A stretch of 64,000 nt of DNA from Eledone cirrhosa (GCA_964016885.1 OZ024741.1:338582001-338646000), one strand, 5' to 3'. Numbered from the stretch's first letter, positions 1 to 12,427 are shown. Numbers and translations are program-made. The notes: generated by a model not told the origin, from the letters alone.

Positions 1-956
1 TCTGTGAGCCTGTGATTTGAGATCAGCTGTTACCATCTCCACCCAGATGTTACTCCACTGTAGCTTCCTTGGCATTTCATCCAGCAATCTTTATTCATGC
101 ACACTACATCTGATCATTTCTACAATGTATTGATGACTTAACCTTTGGTAAACTTGAGTTCTTGGTCAATGTTAGACTCTCAGAGTCCCATGACAAGGCT
201 GCATTGCCCAAAAGATTAGTGGAGGAGAGGCTAAATCTTTGTAAATGCTCATCTCTATTCCCTTTTTTTTCTTTCTTCCAACTCTGCTTGCTCACCTCTA
301 GTGGGTGACATCCTCTCATTTCCAACATGGTATAGCCTCAACAGGGATGTGGATGAAGCCCTACTACAGTTGGGGGAGCTAGGTTTGTCAGTTCCTATTA
401 CAGAGCCATTATAGACTGGCATAGAGAATGTGGGACAATTTATGTTCAACAGTCTCTTAACTCTCTCTTTGACCAATCTGATCAATTCTCAAGGTGCTAT
501 CTACTTGCTGTGACTGCAAAATTTTCAGAGGATTAGTTGATGAACTGCACATGGCCAACATTGTTGGCTTACTCAGTCTGGATGAGCTCTGCATCTACGA
601 GTCAATGTCTGTTGGGGATTTAAATGCCATTACAGCAAACCCCTTAACTTAACAAGTCTCCATGGGGTGTCTTAATGCCTGAATGCTGATAGCTTTACTC
701 ACTATACCAAGCTGAACCTAGAGAAAAACACTAAAATCACAAAATAATAAATGATAATTAAATAGATATGAAAAAGGTAAAAACAAAATTAAGTAATGAG
801 AAAAAGAAAGGAAAGGGGTAAAGAAGGATAGATCTGGTTGTATGGGAAACTAGAAGAAAGGACTATAAATGTCATAAATGAGAGGAAAGGGAGGGAAAAA
901 GCAAGGACTCAAGGGCCATAGAAGAAAGGGAGGGAAAAGGGCTCTGAGTCTAGGGA

Positions 957-1250
957 TGGGTAGTGTTTGGGCTGCGCCCTGCAGACAAAACTGCAAAGGC
1001 ATTTCCACAGACAATGGTCAGCAACATCTGCTGCAACAGCCACCCCCACCTCAAACAGGCTGCTGACGTACCAATTTTGCGGAGGAGCTCGGCAGTACGG
1101 TGTCCAAAGACACCTGAGGTCTCAATGGCGACCGGTGCAAAGAGGAAGAGGCTGGACAAGCCCCGGTATTTGTTTTTCTTCCTGTCCTCTGCATTGCAAG
1201 CTGCAGTACTGGGGTTTGTAGCCAAAACATCTAAGTTGGAGGCAAAGAAC
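957..1250 (-). mobile_element. CRE-clade non-LTR retrotransposon 3' fragment (restriction-like endonuclease end)
   Basis: AEDRKKNKYRGLSS..FAPVAIETSGVFG..WLLQQMLLTIVCGNA matches the RLE C-terminus of the other CRE copies, but is a divergent subfamily. Confidence 0.75.
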
Positions 1251-1620
1251 ATGTTGCCTCCCATATGAGGGATTTACCTCCTTCGAATGGGAAGAGGGTA
1301 ATAAAATTTCTGTTTTCATAAATAATAATGATTTCTGATTTAGACACATGGCCAGCAATTTTGCGGGGAGGCGAAAGTCGATTAAATCGACCCCAATGTG
1401 TTACTGGTACTTTATTTTATCGACCCTGTAAGGATGAAAGGCATAGCTAACTCAGAACATAGAACTCAGAACGTAAAAGGATGTAACTCAACATTGCAAA
1501 GCCTGTCCGACGCCAATCCACCGCCCTAGAATAAGAAATAATAATGATAATTGCTAACTTAATTTAAAAAAAAAAAGAAATGTAGAAAAAATCTTTATAA
1601 ATATATCCGAAACAACATTT

Positions 1621-2180
1621 CCCACATCCTGGATGCTGCGGTTAGGACGAGAGCCACAGCTTCCTCAGCCGAGCGGAGTAAGACCCTCAAATCCTCTGAT
1701 CTGTCGGCCAGCTACATTTTTCAGCCAGTGGCTTTCGAGGCGTTTGGGGGAGTACGGCCGCTGACTGCAAGGTTCCTCTCTTCGCTGGCGGCTCGCCTAA
1801 TAGAAGTAACTGGCGAATCTCGCGAGGGCGCTTGGCTATTCCAGCGCATCAGCCTCGCCATCACCCGAGGCAACGTTGCGAGTGTGCTGGCTTGCCTCAA
1901 AAATCATTAGAGAGGTTGCCCAGTACTCCTCGTGATGTTGCTGTCTTTTGCTCTGGTGTTGGCTCGGTTGTTCACCTCTTCCTTTACATTTTCTTTAGTG
2001 TTACAACGTTGAAAGAATGCATCTTTCTGAATGAATCGCGAGCTATTTATAATGTTATTTATGTATATATTTAAAACATATTTGTTATGTTATTCTACTG
2101 TAAATTTATTTATATGCTTTGTATATATCATGTGTTCATATTTTCACTCCCATTTGTAATGTTATTTAATTTAATAAAAC
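1621..2180 (+). mobile_element. CRE-clade LINE, 5'-truncated 3' end plus 3' UTR
   Basis: FQPVAFEAFGGV..GAWLFQRISLAITRGNVASVL. Highly similar to 52733-53207. Confidence 0.82.
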
Positions 2181-3122
2181 ATTTATAAATGTTCTAAATT
2201 GTTGAATTTTTCAATATTATTATTTCTTGAGTTGGTTGTATGTCTAGAGTCAATAAATATGTGGTTCAGCCGAGAGATCGATCCTGGGTCTTAAGTGTCA
2301 AGAAAGAGGGTCGTGAATATATTGTCTTATTCCTACTCCACCTCAAATTAGCACCCAGATACATTGAATTTTAAGAAGAGTTAACATCCGCACCGAATCT
2401 CAAAACCTGTGCCAATTATATTTATATTAATATATAATTGTTTCTACTTTTGGCATATATAATATATCCCGATTATTCTGTGGAGGGCCAACAACCCGCC
2501 AAGAAGAACTATCAACCTGTTACGAAATCGATCAGAAGAACCGGACTGCCCAACATCTGAAAGGACCCCTGCAATATTTGCAGCATTTATCGTGTCGTAT
2601 CAGATCATATTTTACATCGAGAACAGCTCCAAGCATTAGAAGTTAGATTCATGTCACTGAATAATAACTTACGTCATTGGTGTTGTTATTCAGACAGGGA
2701 TAAAATTGCCAATGACACCGCCTACTTGCTGTCTTTAATATAATTATGTTGTTTCTAACTGTTGTATCATGTCAATGTGAACTCTAATAATTTTGGGACA
2801 ACATACGGCGATCTCTAAGTTTCAGGGTCAATGTCCCACTACCTGCAAAATTACATATTACATCACGAAGTTCGATACATCGTGAGAAATGGGTTTTAAT
2901 CATGAATCGATGATAGATTGTATACGTAGAAGTCTTTTTGTCTATAACAATATGTGTGTGTCACTTTGAAAGGACCCAGTCAGGAAGTAGTGGTAAGTAG
3001 AAAATATGTCAACATTACATATTTTCTCCTCACATGTAAACAGAATTCCATGCTATCCAAGACAAGACACTGAACCATAATTATACTCCGGAGACATCGT
3101 TTCTCAGCTTTTAAAATTTATT

Positions 3123-4877
3123 ATGGAGGAAGTTAACCACTTTGACATTACTGTTACAACTGATTTTAAAAAATCTTTCCGATGTGAAATATGTGGGAAA
3201 TGTTTCATTAAAAATTCAAATCTTGTTATCCATATACGTACTCACACCGGAGAAAGACCGTATCTTTGTGAAATATGTGGGAAATCTTTTATTTCTATGG
3301 ATTACTTAAAAATTCACAAAAAAATACACACTGGAGAAAAACCGTTTCGATGTGAAATATGTGGTAAATCTTACTGTATGAATTCACGACTTGTAATTCA
3401 CAAACAGATGCACATCGGGGAGAAACCTTATTCCTGTGAAATATGTGAGAAATCTTTCGTCTCTAACAGTCTCTTAAAAACACATAACAGAATACACACT
3501 GGGGACAAACCGTTTCATTGTGAAATATGTGGAAAATCATTCTTTAATAATTCGAGGCTTGTTATCCACATACGTAGTCACACAGGAGAGAAGCCATATC
3601 ACTGTAAACTATGTGGAAAATCTTTTATCTCCAACTGTCAATTAAAAAGTCATGAACGAAAACACGCCGAAGAAAACACGTTTCGTTGTAAAATATGTGG
3701 GAAATCTTTCTCTCAAAAGTCTTATCTTATAGTTCACAGGCGTAAACACGCCAGAGAAAGATGCTACAATTGTGAAATATGTGGAAAATCATTCTTTGTT
3801 AATAATCATCTTGTAGTTCACAAACGTAGACACACAGGAGAAAGACCATATCACTGTGAAATTTGTGGGAAATCTTTTGTCAGCTGTAGTAATTTAAAAA
3901 CTCATGAACGGACTCATACTGGAGAAGCCCCTTATCATTGTGAAATATGTGGGAAATCATTCAGTGGAAATACACAACTAATAATTCACAAACAGATGCA
4001 CACTGGAGAAAAACCATATTTATGTGAAGTATGTGGGAGACCATTTATCTCTAATGGTCATTTAAAAACACACAAAAAAATACACACAGGAGAGAAGCCT
4101 CATCATTGTGAAATATGTGGAAAATCATTTTCTGTTAATTCTAGTCTTGTACTTCACAGACGAATACATACTGGGGAAAAGCCATACCACTGTGAAATAT
4201 GTGGAAAGTATTTTATCTCTAACAGTCACTTAAAGACCCATGAACGAATACACACTGGAGAAAACCTATTTTATTGTGAAATATGTGGAAAATCTTTCAT
4301 TGAAAATTCTAAGCTTACAATCCACAGACGTAAGCACACTGGAGAAAAACCCTGTCTCTGTGATGTTTGTGGAAAATCGTACAGTGATAACAGTACTTTA
4401 ACAAAACACAAAAGAATACATACAGGAGAAAAATTGTTTCAATGTGAAATATGTGAGAAATCTTTTATTAATAATTCTCAGCTTACAATCCACAAACGAA
4501 CACACACTGGAGAGAGACCTTATCATTGTGAAATCTGTAAGAAGTCGTTTTCTAATAATAATCATCTTGTAGTTCATAAACGTAGACACGCAGGAGAAAA
4601 ACCATATCGCTGTGGGATATGTGTGGATTCTTTTGTCACTAATAGTGATTTAAAAAGTCATCAACAAAGAATACACACAGCAGAGAAACCATTTAGCTGT
4701 GAAATATGTGGGAAATCATTTTCTGTTAATTCTAGTCTTGTAACTCACAAACGGATACATACTGGAGAAAAACTCTGTGGCTGTGAAATATGTGGGAAAA
4801 CGTTTTCTAATAATAGTAATTTAAAACGACACACACAAATACACACTGGAGAGAAGACTTCTAGCAGTGAAGCATGA
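3123..4877 (+). CDS. C2H2 zinc-finger protein, 20 tandem fingers, no KRAB/SCAN/BTB domain (ZNF-A)
   Basis: 584-aa ORF of CxxC-x12-HxxxH repeats with TGEKP-type linkers and only about 18 aa before finger 1. An upstream exon is possible (AG at ~3042-3043). Confidence 0.93.
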   Translation: MEEVNHFDITVTTDFKKSFRCEICGKCFIKNSNLVIHIRTHTGERPYLCEICGKSFISMDYLKIHKKIHTGEKPFRCEICGKSYCMNSRLVIHKQMHIGEKPYSCEICEKSFVSNSLLKTHNRIHTGDKPFHCEICGKSFFNNSRLVIHIRSHTGEKPYHCKLCGKSFISNCQLKSHERKHAEENTFRCKICGKSFSQKSYLIVHRRKHARERCYNCEICGKSFFVNNHLVVHKRRHTGERPYHCEICGKSFVSCSNLKTHERTHTGEAPYHCEICGKSFSGNTQLIIHKQMHTGEKPYLCEVCGRPFISNGHLKTHKKIHTGEKPHHCEICGKSFSVNSSLVLHRRIHTGEKPYHCEICGKYFISNSHLKTHERIHTGENLFYCEICGKSFIENSKLTIHRRKHTGEKPCLCDVCGKSYSDNSTLTKHKRIHTGEKLFQCEICEKSFINNSQLTIHKRTHTGERPYHCEICKKSFSNNNHLVVHKRRHAGEKPYRCGICVDSFVTNSDLKSHQQRIHTAEKPFSCEICGKSFSVNSSLVTHKRIHTGEKLCGCEICGKTFSNNSNLKRHTQIHTGEKTSSSEA

Positions 4878-4920
4878 GAAATCCTCTTGCAAATCTAAAT
4901 TTATTGTCCATCAACTAGTA

Positions 4921-5358
4921 AAGACCCTTTTCAGTCACGAATGACCATGCGTTTTATACCTAGAAAGTTCCCCTCCTAGGCACAAGACCAGGCAAAGTGT
5001 TTTTTTAGAAGACCAACAGTCGCCCATGCATACTAGTCTTTATTTTCCATGCCACTGATGTTGTCCAAGGGGAAGGAAAAGGCCAATACAGATTGGCACC
5101 AGTGACATTGCAACTCATTTATACGCTATATATATATATTATATATACTATATACACTATATATACACTCAATATAAACTATATATGATGTTGTGCCAAT
5201 ATAGCTTGGCACCAGTGACATCACAACTCATATATACACCTGAGGAAGTGGAGAAACAAGAAATAAAGTGTCTTGCACAAGGAAACAACATATCACCTAG
5301 TCCGAGAATTGAACTCATAACCTCTGGATTGTGAATCCAACTAAGACGCATACCTTCA
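4921..5358 (-). mobile_element. tRNA-derived SINE insertion with 12-bp target-site duplication
   Basis: TSD CATCAACTAGTA at 4909-4920 and 5359-5370. The minus strand has a B-box-like GAGTTCAATTC followed by TCCTTGTGCAAGACACTT. Confidence 0.78.
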
Positions 5359-5562
5359 CATCAACTAGTATCGAGGGAAATATGTCAGAAATCATTACCA
5401 TTTCAATTCTTATCTTGTTGTTTACAAATATACACCTTTTTACTAAAATATTTGGGAAATCCTTATTTGTGAATTAAAAACTTGTAGTTAACACTTGAAT
5501 ACATACCGGATATAAAAACAATACAAATATGAATTATGTGGGGTATCATTCAATCTGAAATA

Positions 5563-5768
5563 CCATATATACTCGAATATAAGCCAAACCCCCCAAATCC
5601 TCCCTTCCATTTTATGTTTGAGAAATAGTCAAATTTTGAAACCCTGTTTATAAGCAAAGGCAGCTAATCAACACATTATGTTTAGACAGTGAATATAAGC
5701 TGACCCTGCGATTTTACCATCGATTATTTTGGTCACATATTCCTTGGCTTATATTCGAGTATATACTG
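5563..5768. mobile_element. Tc1/mariner (Tigger/pogo-like) MITE
   Basis: TIRs CCATATATACTCGAATATAAGCC / GGCTTATATTCGAGTATATACTG with TA on both flanks. Partial relatives at ~8790 and ~29065. Confidence 0.8.
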
Positions 5769-5787
5769 TAAGTCTGCACATGTAATT

Positions 5788-6412
5788 CATAGTAATATAC
5801 GTGAACGGCAAAGCATAAATGAACTAAGTGAGAAATTAGGAATAAGAGGGATCAGATGCTGTTTACTTGAGAGAAGACTACGTTGGTATGGTCACATGAA
5901 GCGCATGAAAGACGACAGCTGCATAAAAAAAGTGCAGGGCGATCAAAATTGATGGTAGTTGGGATGATCTGATAAATTCCGACCTTACACACTTACATCT
6001 CTCTAAGACAATGTCTCTGGACAGATCTTTGGCGCTACACAGTAATACAGAAGACCCGCCTTGCCTATGTACAATGCGAAACCTACAGTCAGTAGGCACC
6101 TCTTAACCAAATATATACCCCAATCCACTCCCACCAACAGCATGAGATAATGAGATCGAGATCGTGTAGGTGTCACGACAAAAAACACAGTCCATGCTGT
6201 AATGTGGCCGTGTAGGTAACACGGTAAAAAGTTCCCAGTTCCACACTGTAAATGTGGTTGGTGTTAGGAAGGCCATCCAGTCGTAGAAAACCTGCCAGAT
6301 AGTCCTATATGAGCGAGACACGGTCACCCGACCAGCCTTGCCTCAAGTGGGACAACTCCCGTCTAACCCATGCTAGCGTGGAAAATGGATGTTAAACGAA
6401 GATGATGATGAT
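5788..6412 (+). mobile_element. RTE-clade LINE 3' end (subfamily A) with (GAT)n tail
   Basis: RRLRWYGH motif and 3' UTR shared with 24377-25689 and 12428-13062. Confidence 0.88.
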
Positions 6413-6448
6413 AATATATATATATTATACTTTGGGAGGATCATGCAA

Positions 6449-6800
6449 CCAATAAAAACACATGCACCTGTTGGTTTTCTCTTCAATTTATTATAAACTC
6501 CCAGTTGGTTAGTTTAATAACTGGATGGTTGTTTAGTTGTTGATTGGCAAAGCTCTTTCGCCACACATTCTGGGACCTCCTCAGTGACTACCTATGTTGT
6601 TATTTTGTGTTTCTCCTTTGTTCTGTCCTACACCATCTTTATTTTGTAAGCTGTTATTAAACCAACCAACTGAGAGTTTATAATTAATTGAAGTGAAAAA
6701 CCAACAGGTGCATGTGTTTTTATTGGCAGAATGACTCTCCGAAAATATAACAATATCTGTTTCAACATACGTTTTCAGATAAACCTTGCAAAACAAATAC
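6449..6800. repeat. Inverted-repeat module with ~75-bp arms (6449-6521 / 6652-6726), possibly a Penelope-like relic
   Basis: CCAATAAAAACACATGCACCTGTTGG... pairs with ...CCAACAGGTGCATGTGTTTTTATTGG. Confidence 0.65.
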
Positions 6801-7867
6801 AAAAACGAAATATATATATATAATCTTTCTCTTTCTTCTAGTATTGAAAAGGATTTATTCTCATTCGCAAGCAATGTTGTTAAATATAAGTATATATATA
6901 TATATAGCAGAAAAATATAATTGCGATAATCTGTTGAAAATATTCTCTGTAAACATAAATTAATAGAAGAAAATGAGAATTTCTTGTAAAATCACTGAAA
7001 TTTGTAACAAAATATTCAGATTTATGAGTAAATAAAAATCTTATAAATTTAAAATTAAAATCAGTGTTTGAATTGATTTGTTTTAGATATTTTCTGCTAA
7101 GTCATTACAGGATGTTGAGAGATAATACTGCAATTTATCACAACAGTCTGTCTACTTGTAAAAGTACTATAAACATTTGAATTAACTTGTTTTAGATTTT
7201 CCCTGCTAAACCATCACAGGATGTTAAAAGTTACTTTTAAGTTAGCAGAAACCTATAACTAGTGATTCCTCTATATTGATATACCTGAGGTTGTCAGACT
7301 ATTCCAGTTGCTTTGTTTTAGCAACTGTCACTGGATAGTTTTATTGGTTAACCTGTCATAAACCTCAATGGTCTTTTGTCACCTGCTTTATTTTATTGTT
7401 GTTTTTAATATTATCCCAGCACTTACCATCATCGTTTTTATGTCTGTTTTTCCACACTTGCATGGGTTGCATAGGCCCTTTTCAGTAAAGCATCTCTCCA
7501 CTTGCTGCATTTTGTTGTTTCCTCTGTGAGGTCAGCTCTGCCCAGATCATTCTTTGTCTACCTCTACTGCAGCTTCCCTTAACTGGGATTTCCTGGCACT
7601 TCATCATCCATGCACATCACATGTCTGTATCAACGCAATCTTCTCTCTTGCACACCATTTCGGATTCCTCTTAAACCCAGTTTCTCCCTCAGTTCATACA
7701 AGACTTTCTTTCCTATTTACATTGCACATCTGATGAAGCACAGCTGCTTCATTTCTCTCCAGAATATTAATATCCTCTGCAATCACTGCTCATAGTTCAC
7801 TACCATGTATTCACATATTGCCATTAAAAGCTATTTTGTTAACCTATTAAAGTGAACTTTGTTTCTC

Positions 7868-8656
7868 TGTATGAGCTACTGCCACTGCTAGCTGCAAAAG
7901 GCTTTTCTCTCAAAATGAAAGGCAGACTGTATGATGCATGTATACGAACAACAATGTTACATGGTAGTGAAACCTGGGCGCTGTCTGGTAGACTTGTGTA
8001 GATTAGAAAGAAACGAAGCCTGCATGCTCCGATGGATGTGTAATAGTAATATACGTGAACGGCAAAGCATAAATGAATTGAGAGAGAGACAGCAATCAAA
8101 TGCTGTGTGCAGGAGAGGCGGTTGCGTTGGTATGGACATGTGATGCGTATGAAGGATGACAGCTGCATAAAAAGGTGCAGAGCACTAGAAGTCGATGGAA
8201 ACCGCGGAGTGGGGAAACCCAAGACCTGGGATGAGGTGATAAAAGCCGACCATACCCAATTACATCTCTCTAAGGGGAAGACACATGACCGTGACCTCTG
8301 GCGTCACGCAGTAATACAGAAGATCCGACCCCCCACAGGTACAAGCCGAAGCTGAAGCATATAGACAATATGCCCCCACACCCTCTCACTGCAAAGTGGT
8401 CATGGAGGTGCCACGGCAAAAAAGCACCCAGCCCACACTGTAAAGTGGACGTGTAGGCGCCACGGAAAAAAAGCACCCAGCACTCACTGTAAATGAGGTT
8501 GGTGTTAGGAAGGGCATCCAGCTGTAGAAAGCAAGCCAGAATCAGTTCCCGTATGAGCATGGCATGGTCAGCCAACTGGCTACTGCCCACAACAGGACAA
8601 CCCGTCTAACCCATGCTAGTGTGGAAGAACGGACGTAAAACAGTGATGATGATGAC
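7868..8656 (+). mobile_element. RTE LINE 3' fragment (subfamily B)
   Basis: MQERRLRWYGHVMRMKDDSCIKRCRALEV. Matches the 3' part of 48559-51167 and has a (GAT)n tail. Confidence 0.88.
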
Positions 8657-9788
8657 TTAATAGTTTTAAAACTTCAGGAATGCATGGATTATATATTATT
8701 ACATTGTAGTAAGTTTCTTAAATATTGACTCATTTAGTATTATAGTTTACTGCATCTTTGTAACATCTAATATTACTGTGAACTTACTATATATACTCAT
8801 GTATAAGTCGACCCACCAATCTTTCAGCTAATCAACACATTGTTTAAATGGCATGATTTGTAAATTCCCACAAGTGGACAAAACTCTTATGAAGCTTTAA
8901 TATTTTGATATCTAAAAAGTTTTTAAGGGCCGTTTAGAGTATAGTTTTTGTTTCTCATCTCCATTACATAATGGTTTTTTAACATTTCATTTGTTTTATA
9001 AAGTTTTAACAAGCTTCTCAAATTTTTGTTTACTTCCTTTTAGCAGACAACAATAGCACCATCTTCTGAATTTAATAGGCTTTTATTTAACATACAAATT
9101 GAATGAAATGTGTATATGTCTACAATAAATATCCATATATATGAGAAGATAAAGAAGTTTTCACTTTATGTTTGTAATTTCGTATTTGTGTGGAATGAAT
9201 ATGCAAACAACAGTGAAAGAATAGCTTACCAAATATTTTTTCTCAATGTGATCAATGGAGTTATTTGGTGCATTTTTTGTGTAGATGTTAGGTTAGTGGC
9301 AAAATATTAACCCTTCATCTGTACATGGCTTACTCTCTTTTCATAAGCCACTCATCTACCCCTAACTTCCATACTTCTGCTGGCAACAAAGGGCTTCTCT
9401 CAGAGTGAAAGGCAGTCAATAAGATACTTGTGTGGGAACTGTAATGTTAAACATGGGCCTAGGCTGCAAAGAGTGGATAGAAATGAAGAGAGTAAGCTCA
9501 GATGGATTAGTGTACCTGAACGACATAGTATCAGAGCTGAGAGAAAACCTTTGCATTAGAGGAACTGGATATAGTGTGCAAGAGAGAAGACTGCATTCGT
9601 ATGGACATGTGATATTTATGGAAGATAGCAGCTGTATAAAAATAATTGTTTCTACGTTAGGCACAAGGCCAGCAATTACCCAGTGCATTACTGGTACTTT
9701 ATTTTATCGACCCCGTAAGGATGAAAATAATGCAGAGAAATCTTAATGGCTAGGATCCATGGCTAAGGCAGACAAATTGTTGGTATTG

Positions 9789-10539
9789 TTCAGGTTAGAA
9801 CAGCAGGGTAAAATCTGGGTGGTAATAGTTTTAAGTTGAAGGAGGGCCATAGTAACAGTACAAGTAGAAAGTCATCATCATCATCATTGTTTAACAGTTG
9901 TTTTCTGGACTGTCATGTGTTGGATGTGTTATCACATAACATGTCAGTGTGTAATTGGCGATACTATACTCCCTGACAGGCCAAGTGTCATATGTTACAT
10001 ACACTTCAGTCTTTGTATGGTTTTTACAACTGAATTTCCTATCACCAACCATTTTACAGAATGTATTGTGTACATGTTATTGTTACACAAGTACTAGAGA
10101 GGTTGTCGTGTTCTTGACACAATTGAAGAAGCTTCCCAACTCTTTCTTTGGTGTTTCTTATGGCTGGATGCCCTTCGTATCACTAACAATAGAAGACACA
10201 CTAAATAAAAAGATTTGAATTAGTTGAGAGACTGAAAGTGTTTTCTAAAGAGGTATGTTACCATAGCAACAGGGAAAATATATAGCTGGTACGATTTCAT
10301 AGTGGACTAGTCCAAAGAAAAAGTGGTATGTTACCATAGCAACAGGGGAAATATATAGCTGGTACTATTTCACAATGGACTAGTCCAAAGTAAAAGTTGT
10401 ATATCACCATAGTAACAGGGGAAATATATACCTGGTACTATTTCATGATGGACTAGTCCAAAGAAAAAGTTGTATATTACCATAGCAACAGGGGAAATAT
10501 ATAACTGGTACTATTTCAGTGAACCAGTCCAGAGAAGGG

Positions 10540-10545
<6 letters not shown>
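9789..10545 (+). repeat. Left arm of an inverted segmental duplication; includes 4 copies of a 73-bp tandem repeat (10252-10540)
   Basis: Reverse complement of 25946-26780. The ORF translations at 9915/9955 and 26471/26350 are identical. Confidence 0.93.
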
Positions 10546-10583
<38 letters not shown>

Positions 10584-10605
<22 letters not shown>

Positions 10606-10905
10606 ATCTTTGGGGTGCTTCAACTTTCATGATACTTCGTTTCGTGTGGAGAGACCACAGTGGACAACAGTATTCAAGGTGGGGTCGGGCGAAAGTGGAG
10701 AAGGGAAGGATAACAGTGTGGATATCTCTCGACTGGAAAGTTCTGAGAATCGAGGAACACATTCTGCAGGCCATGTCAACTTTGCTGTTTATATGAGTGG
10801 CCCAGCTTATGTTGTTGTCCACCATTACTCTCAGGTCTCTGATGTTGTTGGATGCCACTAGAGTTTCGCCCGAAGGAAGAGAGTATGGTAGTTTCAGGGC
10901 ATCCA
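10584..10905 (-). mobile_element. CR1-group LINE fragment (post-RT region) next to (TA)n
   Basis: RDLRVMVDNNISWATHI..ARPHLEYCCPLWS. Confidence 0.8.
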
Positions 10906-12149
10906 TTTTTCCAAAATGGATTAATTTTGGCTTGATTTCTACAGCTGGATGCCCTTCCTAACACCAACCTCATTTATAGTGAGTGCTGGGTGCTTTTTTC
11001 CGTGGCGCCTACACATCCACTTTACAGTGTGGGCTGGGTGCTTTTTTTGCCGTGGCACCTCCACGACCACTTTGCAGTGGAATAATAGGGACCCCAATCC
11101 TATCATCTCATTTCTACAGCTTAGTAAACTGGAGCAATGTGAAATAAAGTGTCTTTCTCAAGGAAACAACAGGTGATGTGTTGTTTTTATATATATATAT
11201 ATATATATATAGCACCTCCAATGGGAAATGTTTATTTGTGAGTGCCTGTTAAAAACTCACGAAAATATACCGACAAGAAACTTGTTTTATTTGGAGAAAA
11301 TTAAGAAGTTGAAAGTACAGTTTAGCTGTCTACGTGCATTGTTCATAGAAATATTGTTGAGCCCCTTCTTTTCATACTCCTCTGTTTTGGCCTTTTGGAG
11401 TAAATGTGAAACAGAAAGTCACAGGTCAAGTTGGCAGCAGGTTCCAGTGTCATAGCAGTAAGGCGTAGGCTACTTACCTCAAAAGTTCATTCACACTCTT
11501 TCCACTAAGTTACTCTTTCTCTCTATCCTTCTCGGTAGTCCTTTGCGAATTTCTCGCATAGGGCTAGTGTAGATTTGCACCCGATCCATCTGCCCGATGC
11601 ACATGTCCACTTCATACGGCTTTTGGAGGAAGGAGTGACCAGCAGTACGTTGTTCGGTATTATTACAGCTCGGGAGGAAACTGCTTACCTCAACGATTCA
11701 TTTGCCATCGTTCTTGTCAATGCTCTGTTCAGTTGATATTTGTTGGTCTACAGTTAGATGAATGGCGCACAAAGGGTTAATGTTTATTGGCAAGAAGTGC
11801 AACTGGGCTGGCTTGCCTCGCTTATATTATATATTAAAATAACAGTTTAAAATTTAAGCAAAGAATCGCTGCTTTCAGCCTTAACGGGATCTTCTGAAAC
11901 TAAAAAAAAAATCAATCTGTGAACGCAGGAGTAAATATTTCGAAAAACGTTGCAACCGAAGGAAAACAGGAAGACGATACTTTGGTTCGTGAAGACGTTC
12001 CCTGGCAATGATCGGAAAATAGCGAACATAATACGTCATCAATGTTTGTAAGAATGTCGTAATGCAGACAGCCAGGTATACAGACAGATATTATAAGGGC
12101 GCGACGGAGATGGATAACCGGCGCCTAACACCCCTTTAACAACAGAAAA

Positions 12150-12302
12150 TTGAAAAATAAAAGCTGCAGTTAATATCTTTAGACCGCAAGGAATATATAA
12201 ATGCAAGTTTGAAGTCAATCGGAGTAGAAATGTGGATTTGTATAAACTTTGCAAAAATGAGGACACACACAGACAACGACAGTTTTATATATATGTATAG
12301 AT
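12150..12302 (-). mobile_element. Non-autonomous Helitron/DINE-like terminal fragment
   Basis: Ends ...CACACACAGAC...TTTTATATATATGTATAGAT, similar in layout to the 24000-24098 terminus. Confidence 0.45.
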
Positions 12303-12427
12303 ATACATATATATTATTAATACATATATATTATATATATACATATATATGTTATATAACCTAAACATCAAGTGAACCTACAGTAACTCCAAGTTACACT
12401 CCCTAGATATATATATGTTATATATAT

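Noticed and set aside
10252-10540. Regular repeats with an internal palindrome resembling a CRISPR array
   Set aside because: The units are contiguous with no unique spacers, there are no cas genes, and the context is eukaryotic.
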